In this document: positions 1 through 12,226 of the stretch, piece after piece
How positions within the stretch are numbered: position 1 is the stretch's first letter
Layout of the letters: each line of letters opens with the position of its first letter
Assembly: GCA_052327205.1 (NCBI GenBank)
Contig: CM126208.1
Span: 255,998,001-256,062,000, forward strand
From: Somniosus microcephalus
Lineage: Eukaryota
Direction of reading: 5' to 3'
Length of the DNA: 64,000 nucleotides
Translations under genes and position numbers: made by a program
The notes under the pieces: model-generated
What the model was told of the DNA's origin: nothing
The model's database searches: none
Seen by the model: the letters and a program-made list of their open reading frames with translations, nothing else

Positions 1-546
1 AAGGAATTTTGCTTCAACACCATAAGCAGTGGGTGTTAAACACCCAGGACTGTTTCTTCAGATTTGTTGTGTCTCTGTCGTAAGATGATGAGGAATAGGA
101 TGGGAGAGAGGGAGAATGAACTGAGAGATGCTTATGGGGGGTTTACAGGTACAGTTAAACTGCTGTATCTCTGGATTTTTCCATTCTGTCACACCTTACT
201 TCCTATTCCATGCACCGATCTCTTACACAGGTCATTCTCCAATAATGTCTCACTAACCTGACACATTTTAATGCCATTGTTCCTTCCACGGCAGAACACA
301 CATACGTTAGCAGCCGGATTGTTCACTTTAACCATTGGATATCTTCAGACTGCATTTCACAAATACACATGCAGCCAGGAAATACATTTTAATCATTTGT
401 TTATTTGTAATGCATTGTGGATATAACACAGATACCCACATTGGTGGTTTCTTTGTGCAGAGTGTGTCATTCGCAGTACTTACACACTGTTAATAAGGCA
501 ATGGAGAAAGATAGAATATTAAAAAAATACAAAAAGTATTTTTTGG

Positions 547-640
547 GGGAGTGGGACTAACAGGATTGCTCTTCGAAAGAGCCGGCACAGACTCGATGGG
601 CCGAATGGTCTCCTTCGGTGCTGTATTATTCTATGATTCT
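547..640 (+). mobile_element. CR1/HER1 LINE 3' UTR fragment
   Basis: gggccgaatggtctccttc hairpin motif followed by an (ttctatga)n tail; matches other CR1 tails in the window. Confidence 0.8.
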
Positions 641-3192
641 AAGTGACAAAAAGCAAAAAGGCAAGAGATACCATGAGTGACGGACAGAGGGAATGAGAAA
701 GGGCAAAAAAGAGGGGGGAAAAAGAGGCAATAAGAAAGGGTAAAAGGAATGAAAGAATAAGAAAAAGGGGGAAAAAGTGAGAGTGAGAGAGAGCAAATGA
801 GCCAGAGGGAGAGGTGCCTGTCCGGCTTTATTTTGTGTAAGTGACATCACTGGCACTCACTTTGCATACTTTTAATCAGCTTGGCTTTAGAGTGTTAAAG
901 GAAGTTTGCTCATAAAGCTTTGATGGCTTGGCCATCTGGATGGGAAGCCTATAAAAGAGGCCCTGAAAAGGTTACAAAGGTCAGGAGCTGTTTGCCCCTG
1001 TGGCCAGAGACAGTCCAATCCTCACCCACCCTCCCCCCGGCCTCCACCCACCCCCGACCGAACCAAACTTCTGACTGACCAGGAACTAGCATTCACTTAG
1101 CCACAAAAATGCGCAGCGATATGATTGAGAGCTTTTATTTTATTTTCCTATCTTCCATCAAAGCTTGTAAAGTATTCAGCTTACACTCAGAAAACGTTGC
1201 TGCCCATATCCCGGTCTAATAGCTTCCATCCTTTCTCATTACCTAGCTCATTAATAAGTGACCTGAAGGCATTAAACTTGTTGTATAATGGATACTCGCT
1301 GTTTAGAGGCTATAAAAGTAAACAGACCTGTTTAACAAAAAAAAAGTACAAAAATCCTCTAAGTACAAAGGTCCATTTCAGTCTGCAAAGGGAGAAAGGG
1401 AGTGGTGGCATAAAGGAAAGGAGTTTGGACTCCTCAACCCTGTTTGTATCGCCTGCTAAGAGATTAGTGCTCAGCATCAGGTTTATGAGTTGCAGGCTTC
1501 ATTAGTCTTAAAATGGTAACAAAGGAAGATGCGTTCTAAAAAGTGTCATCCTTCATCTGAGAGGGCAATGTCTGACACATTAGGAATCTATATGCTCAAT
1601 TAACTACTGGCAGGCTCATTTTTTCTGTCTCTCTCTCTGAAGCTTTCAGCATCCAACCATTGATGTCCCTGACTGCATGTAAACACTCAATTACAAACAG
1701 ACTAGTGGGTATTTGATTTTCAGTAAAAGGTTTGACTGCTGCTAGCTTTACACTCCATCACCTTGTTGAATATAATAATGGAACAGTGAGAAAGTGCCTG
1801 GGAAAAAACGCCGCCTGTTATTTAGGGAGATGCTGGGATTTATAAACACAGCACACACATACGTACGTACCCACACACACAACTATTGTTTTCCTTCTTT
1901 TTGCTCTCGGATTAAAAGCAAAATAAAAAGCACAAAACGGAAGCAACAACAAAAAAAAAGAAGCCTTCTGATATTGGCGGAATTTCTGCTGGCACTTGCC
2001 AGGGCCGTGATACATCGACACATTAAGATATGGGTCAGACTGGCAGATTGTGGCTGCCTTGTGGCTACACAGGACTGTAGGGAGGCAACACAGTACAGGT
2101 GTAAGCAGAGGAAGTGGTTAGCTACAAGATGTTTTTTTTTGTGTGCGTGTTAATTGTCAGGAAGCAGCCTGCTAAATAAAAAGCTTTCCCAAGGACTGTC
2201 TGCAGTGGGTACTGAAAAACGAACGAAAAAAAAGACATTACTGACCCCAATGTTTAATCAAAATTACTGTAATAGGCATGTTATAAAGCTAATTATAGCA
2301 ATTATAAAGACAAGAGCCATATGACTGCTCCTTGTGTCTGCTCTAGCCCCTAAAAAGTGAGGAACAATTAACACCGGATTAGCTCCTTGTCCTGACTCGC
2401 CAAGTGGGAATGATCAGTGACCTTCTCATTTTATCCTCATTAGTGTCCTATGTCAACTGAGAGGTTGGTCTTTAATCATCACCCATCATCTAATGCTTCC
2501 AGGAAGGGAAACAACGATTTGTTACCAGAAGGTCAGAGGTCAAATATTAGTTTTGCTTTTGCCTTAAGTGTAGTGTGGAAAGATGGTGGTGTGGGGGGTG
2601 GGGGGGACGGGGGGTCAGCTACAGGTCACATTAACAGGGAAGCTTGTTGTGATGTGAAATAATTGTAAGTTCTTAAGCCGCAAATGACACCAGGAGAAGG
2701 TTTTTTCGCCTCCTGTGTTTAATTATGTCCTTGTTGCCTTTTTTTTCCACCTCAGAGTTTGTGTCAATAGCTGGCTTGTTCTTCTGGAAGAGTGGCAGGG
2801 CTCGAGACACCCAGTGCCAGTGTAAATGAGCTCCATTCATTTCCCGCCACTGGCATATGGCATGCCATTGTCCTCTGCCACTGAGGCAGAAGTGATGCAA
2901 TTTGTTGGCAATGTTCTGTCACCGCACAAAACTATCTGCCCCACTGAGGTCCAGCAAACAGCAACAGCCGCTTCAACACGACCGCAAAAAAAAAACGTAG
3001 CCAGAAACTGCACAGCTCCCTTTCCTCTTCAAATCACACCGCCAGCAAAGTAGGAGAGCAAAGTTGACAAACGTTACTTTCTTAAAGATATAAATGGCTT
3101 CTAGATGTACCTTAAAAAAATAAAAACACAATTTGGCAGCTTACTTATAATTTTTGCTGTGAAACTCACTTTACAGTATGATACTTTCATTG

Positions 3193-3507
3193 AAAGAAAG
3201 GAAGACTTGCATTTCTATAGCGCCTTCCACGACCTCAGGACGTCCCAAAGCGCTTTACAGCCAATGGAGCACTTTTTAAAAGTGGAGCCACTGTTGTAAT
3301 GTAGGAAACGCGGCAGCCAATTTGCGCACAGCAAGCTCCCACAAACAGCAATGTGATAATGACCAGATAACCTGTTTTTTTAGTGATGTTGCTTGAGGGT
3401 AAATATTGACCAGGACACCGAGAAAAACTCCACTGCTCTTCTTCGAAATAGTGCCGTGGGATCTTTTCCGCCCACCTGAGAGAGCTGACAGAGCCTAGGT
3501 TCAACTT
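3193..3507 (-). mobile_element. SacSINE1-like DeuSINE, 5'-truncated
   Basis: Matches the 3' two-thirds of the ~460 bp SINE repeated about 12 times in the window. Confidence 0.85.
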
Positions 3508-3559
3508 CGCTATATTATTTCTCTGCACCTTTATTGTCCCGGTTTTTCTTGCCTTCTTG

Positions 3560-4557
3560 CCTCAGAGTGCAGACTCATGTTGGGATATCATTTTCGTCAG
3601 TGCTGACAGCCCCCCCCCCCCTGCCCCCCCCCGACGCCCTGTTCAAATGAGTAACGGCAGGCTATTCAACCGAGAGGTGTTGTGGCTGTCGGCGGAAGGG
3701 CACCACATCTGAGCTTAATCCTGTCCCTCACCTGATGTCCACGCATCTGTCATTCTCAGCAGAGGACATTAGATCCCAACCATGCATGGGAACGTTGGTG
3801 AGTTGTTTTAGAGTCATAGAGTCATAGAGTCATAGAGTTTTACAGCACAGAAAGAGGCCCTTCGGCCCATCGTGTCTGCGCCGCCCATCCCTCCCTGTCC
3901 AGTCTAATCCCATTTTCCAGCATTTGGTCCATAGCCTTGTATGCAATGGCATTTCAAGTGCTCATCCAAATGCTTCTTGAATGTTGTGAGGGTTTCTGCC
4001 TCTACCACCCTTTCAGGCAGTGAGTTCCAGCTTCCAACCACCCTCTGGGTGAAAAAGTTCCTCCTCAAATCTCCCCTAAATCTCCTGCCCCTTACCCTGA
4101 ATCTGTGTCCCCTTGTTATTGACCCCCCTACTAAGGGGAAAAGTTCCTCTTTATCTACCCTATCTATGCCCCTCATCATTTTGTACACCTCAACCAGGTC
4201 CCCCCTCAGCCTCCTTTGCTCCAAGGAAAACAACCCCAGCCTGTTGAGTCTTTCTTCATAGCTGAGGCGCTCCATCCCAGGTAACATCCTGGTGAATCTT
4301 CTCTGCACCCTCTCCAAAGCAATCACATCCTTCCTATAGTGAGGCGACCAGAACTGCACACAGTACTCCAGCTGTGGCCTCACCAGCGTTTTGTACAGCT
4401 CCATCATAATCTCTTCCCTAGCCCAGGTATGCTGGGACCAAACTTACTGCCCCAACTGTGTTGGTTTGGTCAAGAAAACAAATTTGGGACCTTCTTGCCT
4501 GCACGGTCCAGTCGCACACAAGGTATGGTGCATTCAACTGCTGAGGCATTGAGGCTA
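3560..4557 (-). mobile_element. Degenerate LF-SINE split by a CR1 insertion
   Basis: Minus strand has LF-SINE-like blocks (gaatagcctgcc, gggacaggat, cccaacatgagtctgc, ctagggaagag) on both sides of the CR1 at 3813-4408; recognised from memory of the consensus. Confidence 0.6.
3810..4408 (-). mobile_element. CR1 LINE 3' fragment (ORF2 C-terminus plus tail)
   Basis: ORF 3904-4407 [19 protein letters not shown]...RRNFFTQRVV; (ctctatga)n tail. Confidence 0.93.
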
Positions 4558-4771
4558 CTCACCTATCTGTTTTTTAATTGGCCTGCAACAGTAAAATAAG
4601 CAGTCAAATAACCAACACCTCACAGCTGTCCTGATTTGGGGTACTTATGCATTAAAAGCTATGCTGCACAACAAATTAAATGAAATAAAATAAAATGAGA
4701 TAAAATAAATAAAACAAAATAAATTTAGGAAGGATGTCAAGGCCTTGCAGAGGTGCAGAAGAGATTTAAAC

Positions 4772-5212
4772 AGAAAGAAGGACTCGCATTTATATAGCGC
4801 CTTTTACAATCTCACAGCGTCCCAAACGCTTTACACTCAATGAAGTACTTTTGAAGTGTAGCCACTGTTTTAATGTAGGAAACACAGCAGCCAATATGCA
4901 CACAGCAAGCTCCCACAAACAGCAATTGTTGCTGATTGAGGGATAACTATTGGCCAGGACAGCGGCGATAGCTCCCCTGCTCTTCTTTGAAATAGTGCTG
5001 TTGATAGTGATCTTTTACGTCCACGTCACATGAGAGAGCAGGCAGTGCCTCAGTTTATCATCTCATCTGAAAGACAGCACACCTGCTGACAGTTCAGCAC
5101 TTGCTCAGCATTGCACTGGATTGTCAGCCTAGATTTGCTGGAGTGGGACTTGAACCCTAAAACCTTCTAATATCAGAGGCAAGAATGCTACCCACTGAGC
5201 CACGGCTGACAC
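4772..5212 (-). mobile_element. SacSINE1-like DeuSINE, full length
   Basis: tRNA-like head (A box tggctcagtgg, B box ggttcaagtcc on minus), Deu core, L2-like tail. Confidence 0.9.
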
Positions 5213-5304
5213 CGAGAGTGATGCCAGGGATGAGGGACTTCAGTTATATGGAGAGAGTGGAGAAGCTGGGGTTGTTCCCCTTAGAGCAGAGAAGGTTAAG
5301 AGGA

Positions 5305-5953
5305 ACTGCTCACGATGCGGTCTCCTCTACATTGGGGAGACCAAACGCAGATTGGGTGACCGCTTTGCGGAACACCTCCGTTCAGTCCGTAAGGGTGACC
5401 CCGAGCTTCCGGTCGCCTGTCATTTTAATTCACCGCCCCATTCCCACTCGGACCTCACCGTCCTTGGCCTCTTGCATTGTTCCACGGAAGCTCAACGTAA
5501 GCTCGAGGAACAGCACCTCATCTTCCGATTAGGCACTTTACAGCCTTCCGGACTCAATATAGAGTTCAACAATTTCAGATCATAACCTCGGCCCCTATTA
5601 CATTTTAACTTATATTTTTTATCCACACCTTTGTTTTAGTTTCCCCTCCCCCCCTTTCCTTTTTTTTTCTCTCTCCCACATGGCAGCTGTCTCCCATTCT
5701 GCCAGCGCATTTCACACCTAATCTAGAGCTGACTTTTGTCTCCACTAGTCCTATCACCATCTCGTCTCGTTTTGAATACCTCTTAATGTCTCCTCTTCTC
5801 TTTTGTTCTCTCCCAGCCCAGCCTCTTAATCTATTTCATTCCCTGTGCCTCTTTAGTCTTGATAAAGGGTTTTGACCCGAAACGTTGACTCTAATTTCTC
5901 TCCATGGATGTTGCCTGGCCTGCTGAGTTTTTCCAGCATTTTCTGTTGTTATT
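5305..5953 (+). mobile_element. Penelope-like element 3' fragment (GIY-YIG end and tail)
   Basis: YIGETKRRLGDRFAEHLRS...EEQHLIFRLGTLQPSGLN; flanked by the 13 bp duplication aaggttaagagga (5292-5304 and 5954-5966). Confidence 0.9.
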
Positions 5954-7715
5954 AAGGTTAAGAGGAGATTTGATAAAGGTATTCAAAATCATGAATAGTT
6001 TGAATAAGGAGAAACTGTTTCCAGTGGTAGAAGGGTTGATAACCAGAGAGCACAGATTTAAGGTAATTGGCAAAGGAATCAGAGATGATATGAGGAGAAT
6101 TTTTTTACACAGCGAGTTGTTGTGATCCAGAATGCACTGCCTGAAAGGGTGGTGAAAGCAGCTTCAATATTAACTTACAAAAGAGAAATGGGTAAATACT
6201 TGAGGAGAAAAAATTTACGGGGCTATGGGGAAAGAGCAGGGGAGTGAGACCAATTGGATAGCTCTACCAAAGAGCTGGCACAGGCACGATGGGCCGAATG
6301 GCCTCCTTCTGTGCTGTATCATTCTATGACTCTATGAAAGTAAACAAAATAAAATAGGTTGATTAGGGGAAATATTACGGATTTGTGCTCCCAGAGAAGA
6401 GGCTCACTTGCTGGTTGCATATATCTGAAAGTCGGGAAGACAGGACCATGAGCCCTGCAGAATTCTCCATCCCTTAAAATAAATTGATAGAAAATTCTGT
6501 GGAGCCCACTGACCTCCTTGGTTGAATTCCCAGTAAGTGCTCCCTGTCGGTATAAACTTGTTGTTTTTTATTTGAGCGGATGTCTATTTTGTTGAGCAAA
6601 ACAGGGTGGAAGGCCAAGGCAAATAGTGCAGGAAACCACCGAGATTGAAAAGAGTAAAAGAAAAGACCGGATACATCAGAAGGTTGCCCGGTGTGTTACT
6701 GAACCAGACAGACAGAAAGGTGCTGAGTTTGATTAGGTGACACCAAGCTTATATGTTTTAAAAAGAATGTAGAAGGAGAGAAAGACAGAGGCAGATGTGG
6801 AATTCCACAGTTCTGAGGTCTGGGGATAGAATTAATTAGAATTGGAGAATGTGCAGTGAGGTTTGATTTCAAACTAGGGGTGTAATGAGGAGGAAGCGTG
6901 TGTAAGATAGCATATTTGGAGACTGGTAATATGAATAAAATAGTGAAGGATGAGAAAGGTTGTGATGGAGAGCGCTAGAGCATAGGGGTAGAGGTGAAAG
7001 AAGGATTGGCTAAGAGATGTTTCTTGTATCTTTTCCAGGAGTACAAGGGAAGTGTTAGAATATCCCTCCCAAATTGGAAAGGAGTAGTCAAGTCTTTATT
7101 TTAATAGTGATTTCATGATGGGAAAAGGAATTTACTTTAATAAACAAAATTTGAGTTCGCTGCCCAGTGATTCACCCAGAGTAGTTATTTTCACCTATTC
7201 CAATTTTCATTTGAACATGAAAATCAACATGTTGCTTCACATCTGCCAATCAGACATGCAACATTTTTGTAGACTCTTTCACGTGTGCTTTAACAGCATT
7301 CTAATTTTGTTTTTAATCTCCACTTTTTAAAAATGTCGCTCTCACTTTGCCCGTCCCCTCCACCCCCCCACTGTCCATCATCCGCTCTCTGACTACAAGA
7401 AAGTCGGCAGGTGAGCTGCTCCCTCCTCGGCCTTTACCAATGTTGCTCTTGTTCGAACCAGTTGACTCAGCTGACATCTTTCCTCCCTCACTGTGGGGAT
7501 GGGGAATGAGCAACACTGGCCATCCTCTTGGGGCACCTTCAACATCCTCAAGTTGGGGTCGTATCTCACGGGCAATTTGAAGAGTGAGCCTGTACCTTTC
7601 CAGCTCATGGTGTAGCATGCTGGAGCCCAACCCATTTAGCGCTGTTGGCCTGACGTCGTGGTCCCCTGAATTTAACATTGTGCCGCAATTAAATCAAATG
7701 CTCGTAATTAAATTG

Positions 7716-8177
7716 GGTGTCAGCCCTGGCTCAGTGGGTGGCAATCTTGCCTCTAAGTCAGAAGGTTGTGGGTTCATAGTCCCACTCCAGAGGCTTGAGT
7801 GCATAATTCAGGCTGACACTCCGCGTGCAGCACTGAGGGAGTGCTGCACTGTCGGAGGTGCTGCCTTTCAGATGAATTGTTAAACCGAGGGCCCGTCTGC
7901 CCTCTCATATGGACATAAAAGATCCCATGACACTATTTCAGGAGTTATCCCCAGTGTCCTGGCCAATATTTATCCCTCAACCAACATCACTAACACAATT
8001 TACCTGGTCATTATCACATTGCTGTTTGTGGGGCCTTGCTGTGCGCAAAATTGGCTGCTGTGTTTCCTACATTGCAACAGTGACTACACTTCAAAAAATA
8101 TTTCATTTGCTGTAAAGCGCTTTGGGATGTCCTGAGGTCGAGAAAGGCGCTATATAAATACAAGATATTTCTTTCTT
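7716..8177 (+). mobile_element. SacSINE1-like DeuSINE, full length
   Basis: A/B boxes, ggaggtgc...gatcccatg core, aaggcgctatataaat tail. Confidence 0.9.
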
Positions 8178-8744
8178 GTCACCTAAATATTCTTTGAAGA
8201 GATGCTTGTCCAGTGTGCCTCCTTAATGACTCCTTTGATAAGTGTATTGTGCGGTATGATACTCAGCCATATAAACCGGGATGATTCCGGATTAATTTTC
8301 TGGATCAATCACAGATGGTGGGTGTGGGTGGATGATTGGTGGCATTGGAGATTCCCGCTAGAAAGCGCATGTGTTAGGACATTGGATGGGGCTCAACTAT
8401 GAAGTTCTGGTATACAAATAGCTCATCAAATCTCATTACCAAAGGGCTACCATTGCTTTTGGAAATGCGCTCCAGGGATGAGATGCTGTCTTTTGGAGAG
8501 AAGGAATATGGAGGGAAAATTAGAAAATTATTGAAGAAGAAAAAATACAAACCAAAACATACATTCAAGTTTGTAATTTTTCACCCTGTTGTATTTGATT
8601 TCAAAGCAAAGAAACAATTTGACCGATAAGCATTGTGGTACCTCTTTTAATCAACAGCCGCTTGCTTAACAGTGGTAAGTTTGAAAATACTGCAGGCCAG
8701 AGTAATTGGCTTGAAAGGATAAAATCACAAATGACCTTACATTT

Positions 8745-9472
8745 AACATAAGAACATAAGAACATAAGAAATAGGAGCAGGAGTAGGCCAATCGGCCCCT
8801 CGAGCTTGCTCCACCATTCAATAAGATCATGGCTGATCTGATCCTAACCTCAAATCTTCTATCACTCTGCATCCACCCGAACCCATGTGATCTCCCGGGA
8901 GAGGCGAAAAACCAGATAAAGACCCAATGGCCAATTTGGGAGAAAAAAATCTGGGAAATTCCTCTCCGACCCATCTAGGCGATCGAAATTCTTCCAGGAG
9001 ATCACTCTGTCCCTATATTTTCTACAGTACTTACCTTCTGTAAAGGCGATCTCCACCCCAGCCAGGAACAGGAATAAAACCATCTCCTGAAATCTAACAG
9101 AATTAGAACACAGTAGGAGCAGAACAAGGCTACACGGCCCCTGGGCCCGCTCCACTACCCACAGGGCCATGACCATTCCGAACCCAGACTCATGTCCAAT
9201 TTCCTGCCCGCTCCCCGTAACCCTTTATTCCCTTTACTTCTAGGAAACTATCTATTTCTGTTTTAAATTTATTTAATGATGTAGCTTCCACAGCTTTCTG
9301 GGGCAGCAAATTCCACAAACCTACCACCCTCTGAGTGAAGAAGTTTCTCCTCATCTCAGTTTTGAATGAGCAGCCCCTTATTTTAAGATTATGCCCCCTA
9401 GTTCTAGTTTCACCCATCATTGGGAACATCCTCACCGCATCCACCCGATCAAGCCCCTTCACAATCTTATAT
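8745..9472 (-). mobile_element. CR1 3' fragment with a long (~450 bp) 3' UTR
   Basis: ORF 9190-9462 is the CR1 ORF2 end; (ttcttatg)n tail at 8745-8770. Confidence 0.88.
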
Positions 9473-10023
9473 TTACAAGATCAGTTGCCCTGCTCTGGTT
9501 GTTTTTAAACATTTTCATCCTTTCCTTCTCCCTAGAGCAGGTCGGTTCCTGTCTGATCGATATCGTTGCCTAAAGTCAATATTTTTCCAGGTAAATTGAC
9601 ACCTGACCCTTTTTAGCAACTACTGACAGATTCTAATGGCCACCAGAAGTTGGTCAAACCCAGAAGCTGGGCTAATGTCCACTCTGATCATTTTTAGGGC
9701 TTTGGTAGCACTTTCACACCTGATATGAAGTATAACAATAACAGATTATTGACTGAAATGTAGTTTTTTTTGTCTGCAGAGGGCTGGATACTAGTCTGAG
9801 GCATTGAAACTCTATCTCAGTCATTTGGGCTTTTAGAGTGCATCCTGCTTTTTTTTAAATTAAATGTTTTGCTTAAATTAATTTAAAAAATAAGTATCTC
9901 TTTGGGCTGAGTTAGCCAATCTTAACTGGGTGGTGGTGGAGGAGCTGCCACGGGCTACAGCACCCCTTGGCTAGGGAGAAGATGGGAAAAGTGCAGCCTG
10001 GATCCTTGTTCCCAATTGTGATA

Positions 10024-10487
10024 CAGGTAGACTATCCTTTATCCGAAAACCTCGGGACCAGCCGTGTTTCGGTTTTCGGAAAATTTCGGATTTCGGAAGG
10101 TGGGTCGGCGGGGGTCCGCGGGGGGGTCGGCGGGGGTCGGGGTCGGCGGGGGTCCGCGGGGGGGTCGGTGGGGGTCGGGGTCGACGGGGGTCCACGGGGG
10201 GGTCGGCGGGGGTCGGGGTCGGCGGGGGTCCGCGGGGGGTCGGTGGGGGTCGGGGTCGGCGGGGGTCCGCGGGGGGGTCCGCGGGGGTCGGGGTCGGCGG
10301 GGGGTCGGCGGGGGTCCGCGGGGGGGTCCGTGGGGGGTTGTGCGCAAGACTTACGCTGACCCTCTGCTCAGCGTAAGTCGTGCGCCACTCTGGTCATGTC
10401 GTGCGCACGACTTACGCTGACCGAAAAAACCTTCGGTTTTTAGAGGGTTTCGGTTTTCGGAAGTTCGGATAAAGGGTAGTCTACCTG
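10024..10487. mobile_element. Tigger/pogo-type (Tigger4/MER46-like) MITE
   Basis: 24 bp TIRs CAGGTAGACTA(T/C)CCTTTATCCGAA with 1 mismatch; TA TSD at 10022-23 and 10488-89; subterminal ttcgg repeats. Confidence 0.9.
10101..10338 (+). repeat. G-rich minisatellite inside the MITE
   Basis: Repeats of gggggtcggggtcggcgggggtccgcgggg, roughly 30 bp degenerate unit. Confidence 0.9.
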
Positions 10488-10526
10488 TACGTTGATGTCT
10501 TGTAGTCAGTACCTATGTGTGGGCAA

Positions 10527-11129
10527 TAGAATCGTACAGCACAGAAGGAGGCCATTCAGCCCATTGTGGCTATTCCGGCTCTTTGAAAGAGCTCTCCAAT
10601 GAGTCCCACTCCCCTGCTCCTCCCCAATAGCCCTGCAAATTTTTCCTTTACAAGTATAGATCCAACTCCCTTTTGAAAGTTACTATTGAATCTGCTTTCA
10701 CCACACTTTCAGGCAATGCATTCCAGATCATAAAAACTCACTGCGTAAAAAGATTTCTCCTCATCTCCCTGTTGGTTCTTTTGCAAATTACTTTAAATCT
10801 GTGTCCTCTGGCTACTGACCATTCTACCAGTAGGAACAGTTTCTCCTTATTTACACTATCAAAGCATTCAGAATTTTGAACACCTCTATTTAACCTCTCC
10901 TTAACCATCTCTGCTGTAAAGAGAACAACCCCAGCTTCTCTTGTCTCTCAACATAACTGAAGTCCCTCATCCCTGGTATCGTTCTAGTAAATCTCCACTG
11001 CAGCCTCTCTGAGGCCTTCACATCCTTCCAAAGTGCGGTGCCCAGAATTGGACACAATACTCCAGCTGAGGCCTAACCAGTGTTTCATAAAGGTTTAGCA
11101 TAACTTCCTTGCCTTTGTACTCTATGCCT
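10527..11129 (-). mobile_element. CR1 3' fragment
   Basis: CR1 ORF2 C-terminal similarity and a CR1 tail at 10527. Confidence 0.88.
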
Positions 11130-11361
11130 AATTGTGATGCATTGATGTCTTGTAGACAGTACAACAACAACAGTGTCAACAACAACAACGGCACCTATGT
11201 GTGGGCATTGGCTGAGGGCAGGACTGAGATTGGCTGTGATGGTCCCCTTTAGTCAAATCAGAAATATAATTCATGAACGCTGCAAATTAACAAACAAACG
11301 CTGCTGACAGCCAACATAGCACATCTCCCTCGGTGGATTAATGAAGAAAGGCTCTTCTAGC

Positions 11362-11440
11362 CCTACAACCCTCTGAGATCTCTGCGCTCCTCTAATTCTG
11401 GCCGCTTTTTCATCCCCGTTATCCTTCGCTCCACCATTGG
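11362..11440 (+). mobile_element. L2 LINE fragment
   Basis: Near-duplicate of 11893-11969. Confidence 0.75.
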
Positions 11441-11499
11441 CTTGTGTAGTGTATCGACCAGAAGAGCACAGGTTTGCTCGGACCCGTGATCAGTTTCGG

Positions 11500-11695
11500 C
11501 AGGGAAAGTACGCCTGCATGCATGTTGGATGACAACAGGCTCAGGCTTGGCTGTACAGCATTCCGCGATTGAATGTCCCACTCAACACACACACTGTCTG
11601 GCTCACGTGTCACTTGGCTGAGATACCAGGGTGGGTGACAGTGCTCGTGGAGCCTTATCCCGAGCAAGATTCAGCACCTTCAGATGAGGTGAGAA
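11500..11695 (+). mobile_element. Degenerate LF-SINE 3' half
   Basis: ctgtctggctcac...cacttggc...cgtggagcc...tcagcaccttcag order follows the LF-SINE consensus. Confidence 0.45.
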
Positions 11696-11822
11696 TAAGA
11701 GAAGACAATTTTGAAGAAAATGAAGAGGAAGGGAGAATATTGGAGGGGGGGGGGTGGTGTTGTTGGGGGGGGGTGGTGGTGGATGAGAATGTTTTAAAAA
11801 ACCTCTTAAAATAATGCAAGAG

Positions 11823-12226
11823 TGATTTGAAAATTCTCATCCTTGTGTTCAAATCCTTCCATGGCCTTGCCCCTTCCTATCTCTGTATCCCCACAACCCT
11901 CTGAGATCTCTGTACTCCTCCAATTCTGGCCTCTTTTTCATCCCCGTTATCCTTCGCGCCACCATTGGCGGCCGTGCCTCCAGCTGCCTAGGCCTCAGGC
12001 TCTGGAATTCCCTCCCTAAACCTCTCCGCCTCACTACCTCTCTCTCCTCCTTTAAGTCGCTCGTTAAAACCCACCTCTTTGACCAAGCTTTTGGTCACCA
12101 GTCCAAATATCTGTTTACGTTTCTATTTTGCTCGGTGTCAAATTTTGCCTGATAACGCTCCTGTGAAGCGCCTTGGGAAGTTTTACTACGTTAAAGGCGC
12201 TATATTAATGCAAGCTGTTGTTGTTG
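11823..12226 (+). mobile_element. L2 LINE 3' end
   Basis: KILILVFKS.HGLAPSYL...GGRA..CLG..LWNSLP L2 C-terminus; aagcgccttggga...aaaggcgctata stem and (gtt)n tail. Confidence 0.88.

Larger units (their letters stand above)
4723..6337 (+). mobile_element. CR1 3' fragment interrupted by a SINE and a Penelope fragment
   Basis: The CR1 reading continues across 4723-4767, 5213-5304 and 5954-6337; tail ttctatgactctatga. Confidence 0.85.
9900..11258 (+). mobile_element. Degenerate LF-SINE hosting a MITE and a CR1
   Basis: LF-SINE-like blocks gctgagttagcc, ggctagggaga, gtgtgggcattggctgagggcagga and ggctgtgat flank the inserts. Confidence 0.5.

Noticed and set aside
7716-7790. tRNA genes at SINE heads
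   Set aside because: A/B boxes run straight into the DeuSINE body; these are tRNA-derived heads, not tRNAs
9967-10420. Gly-rich and Pro-rich ORFs
   Set aside because: Translations of the G-rich satellite inside the MITE
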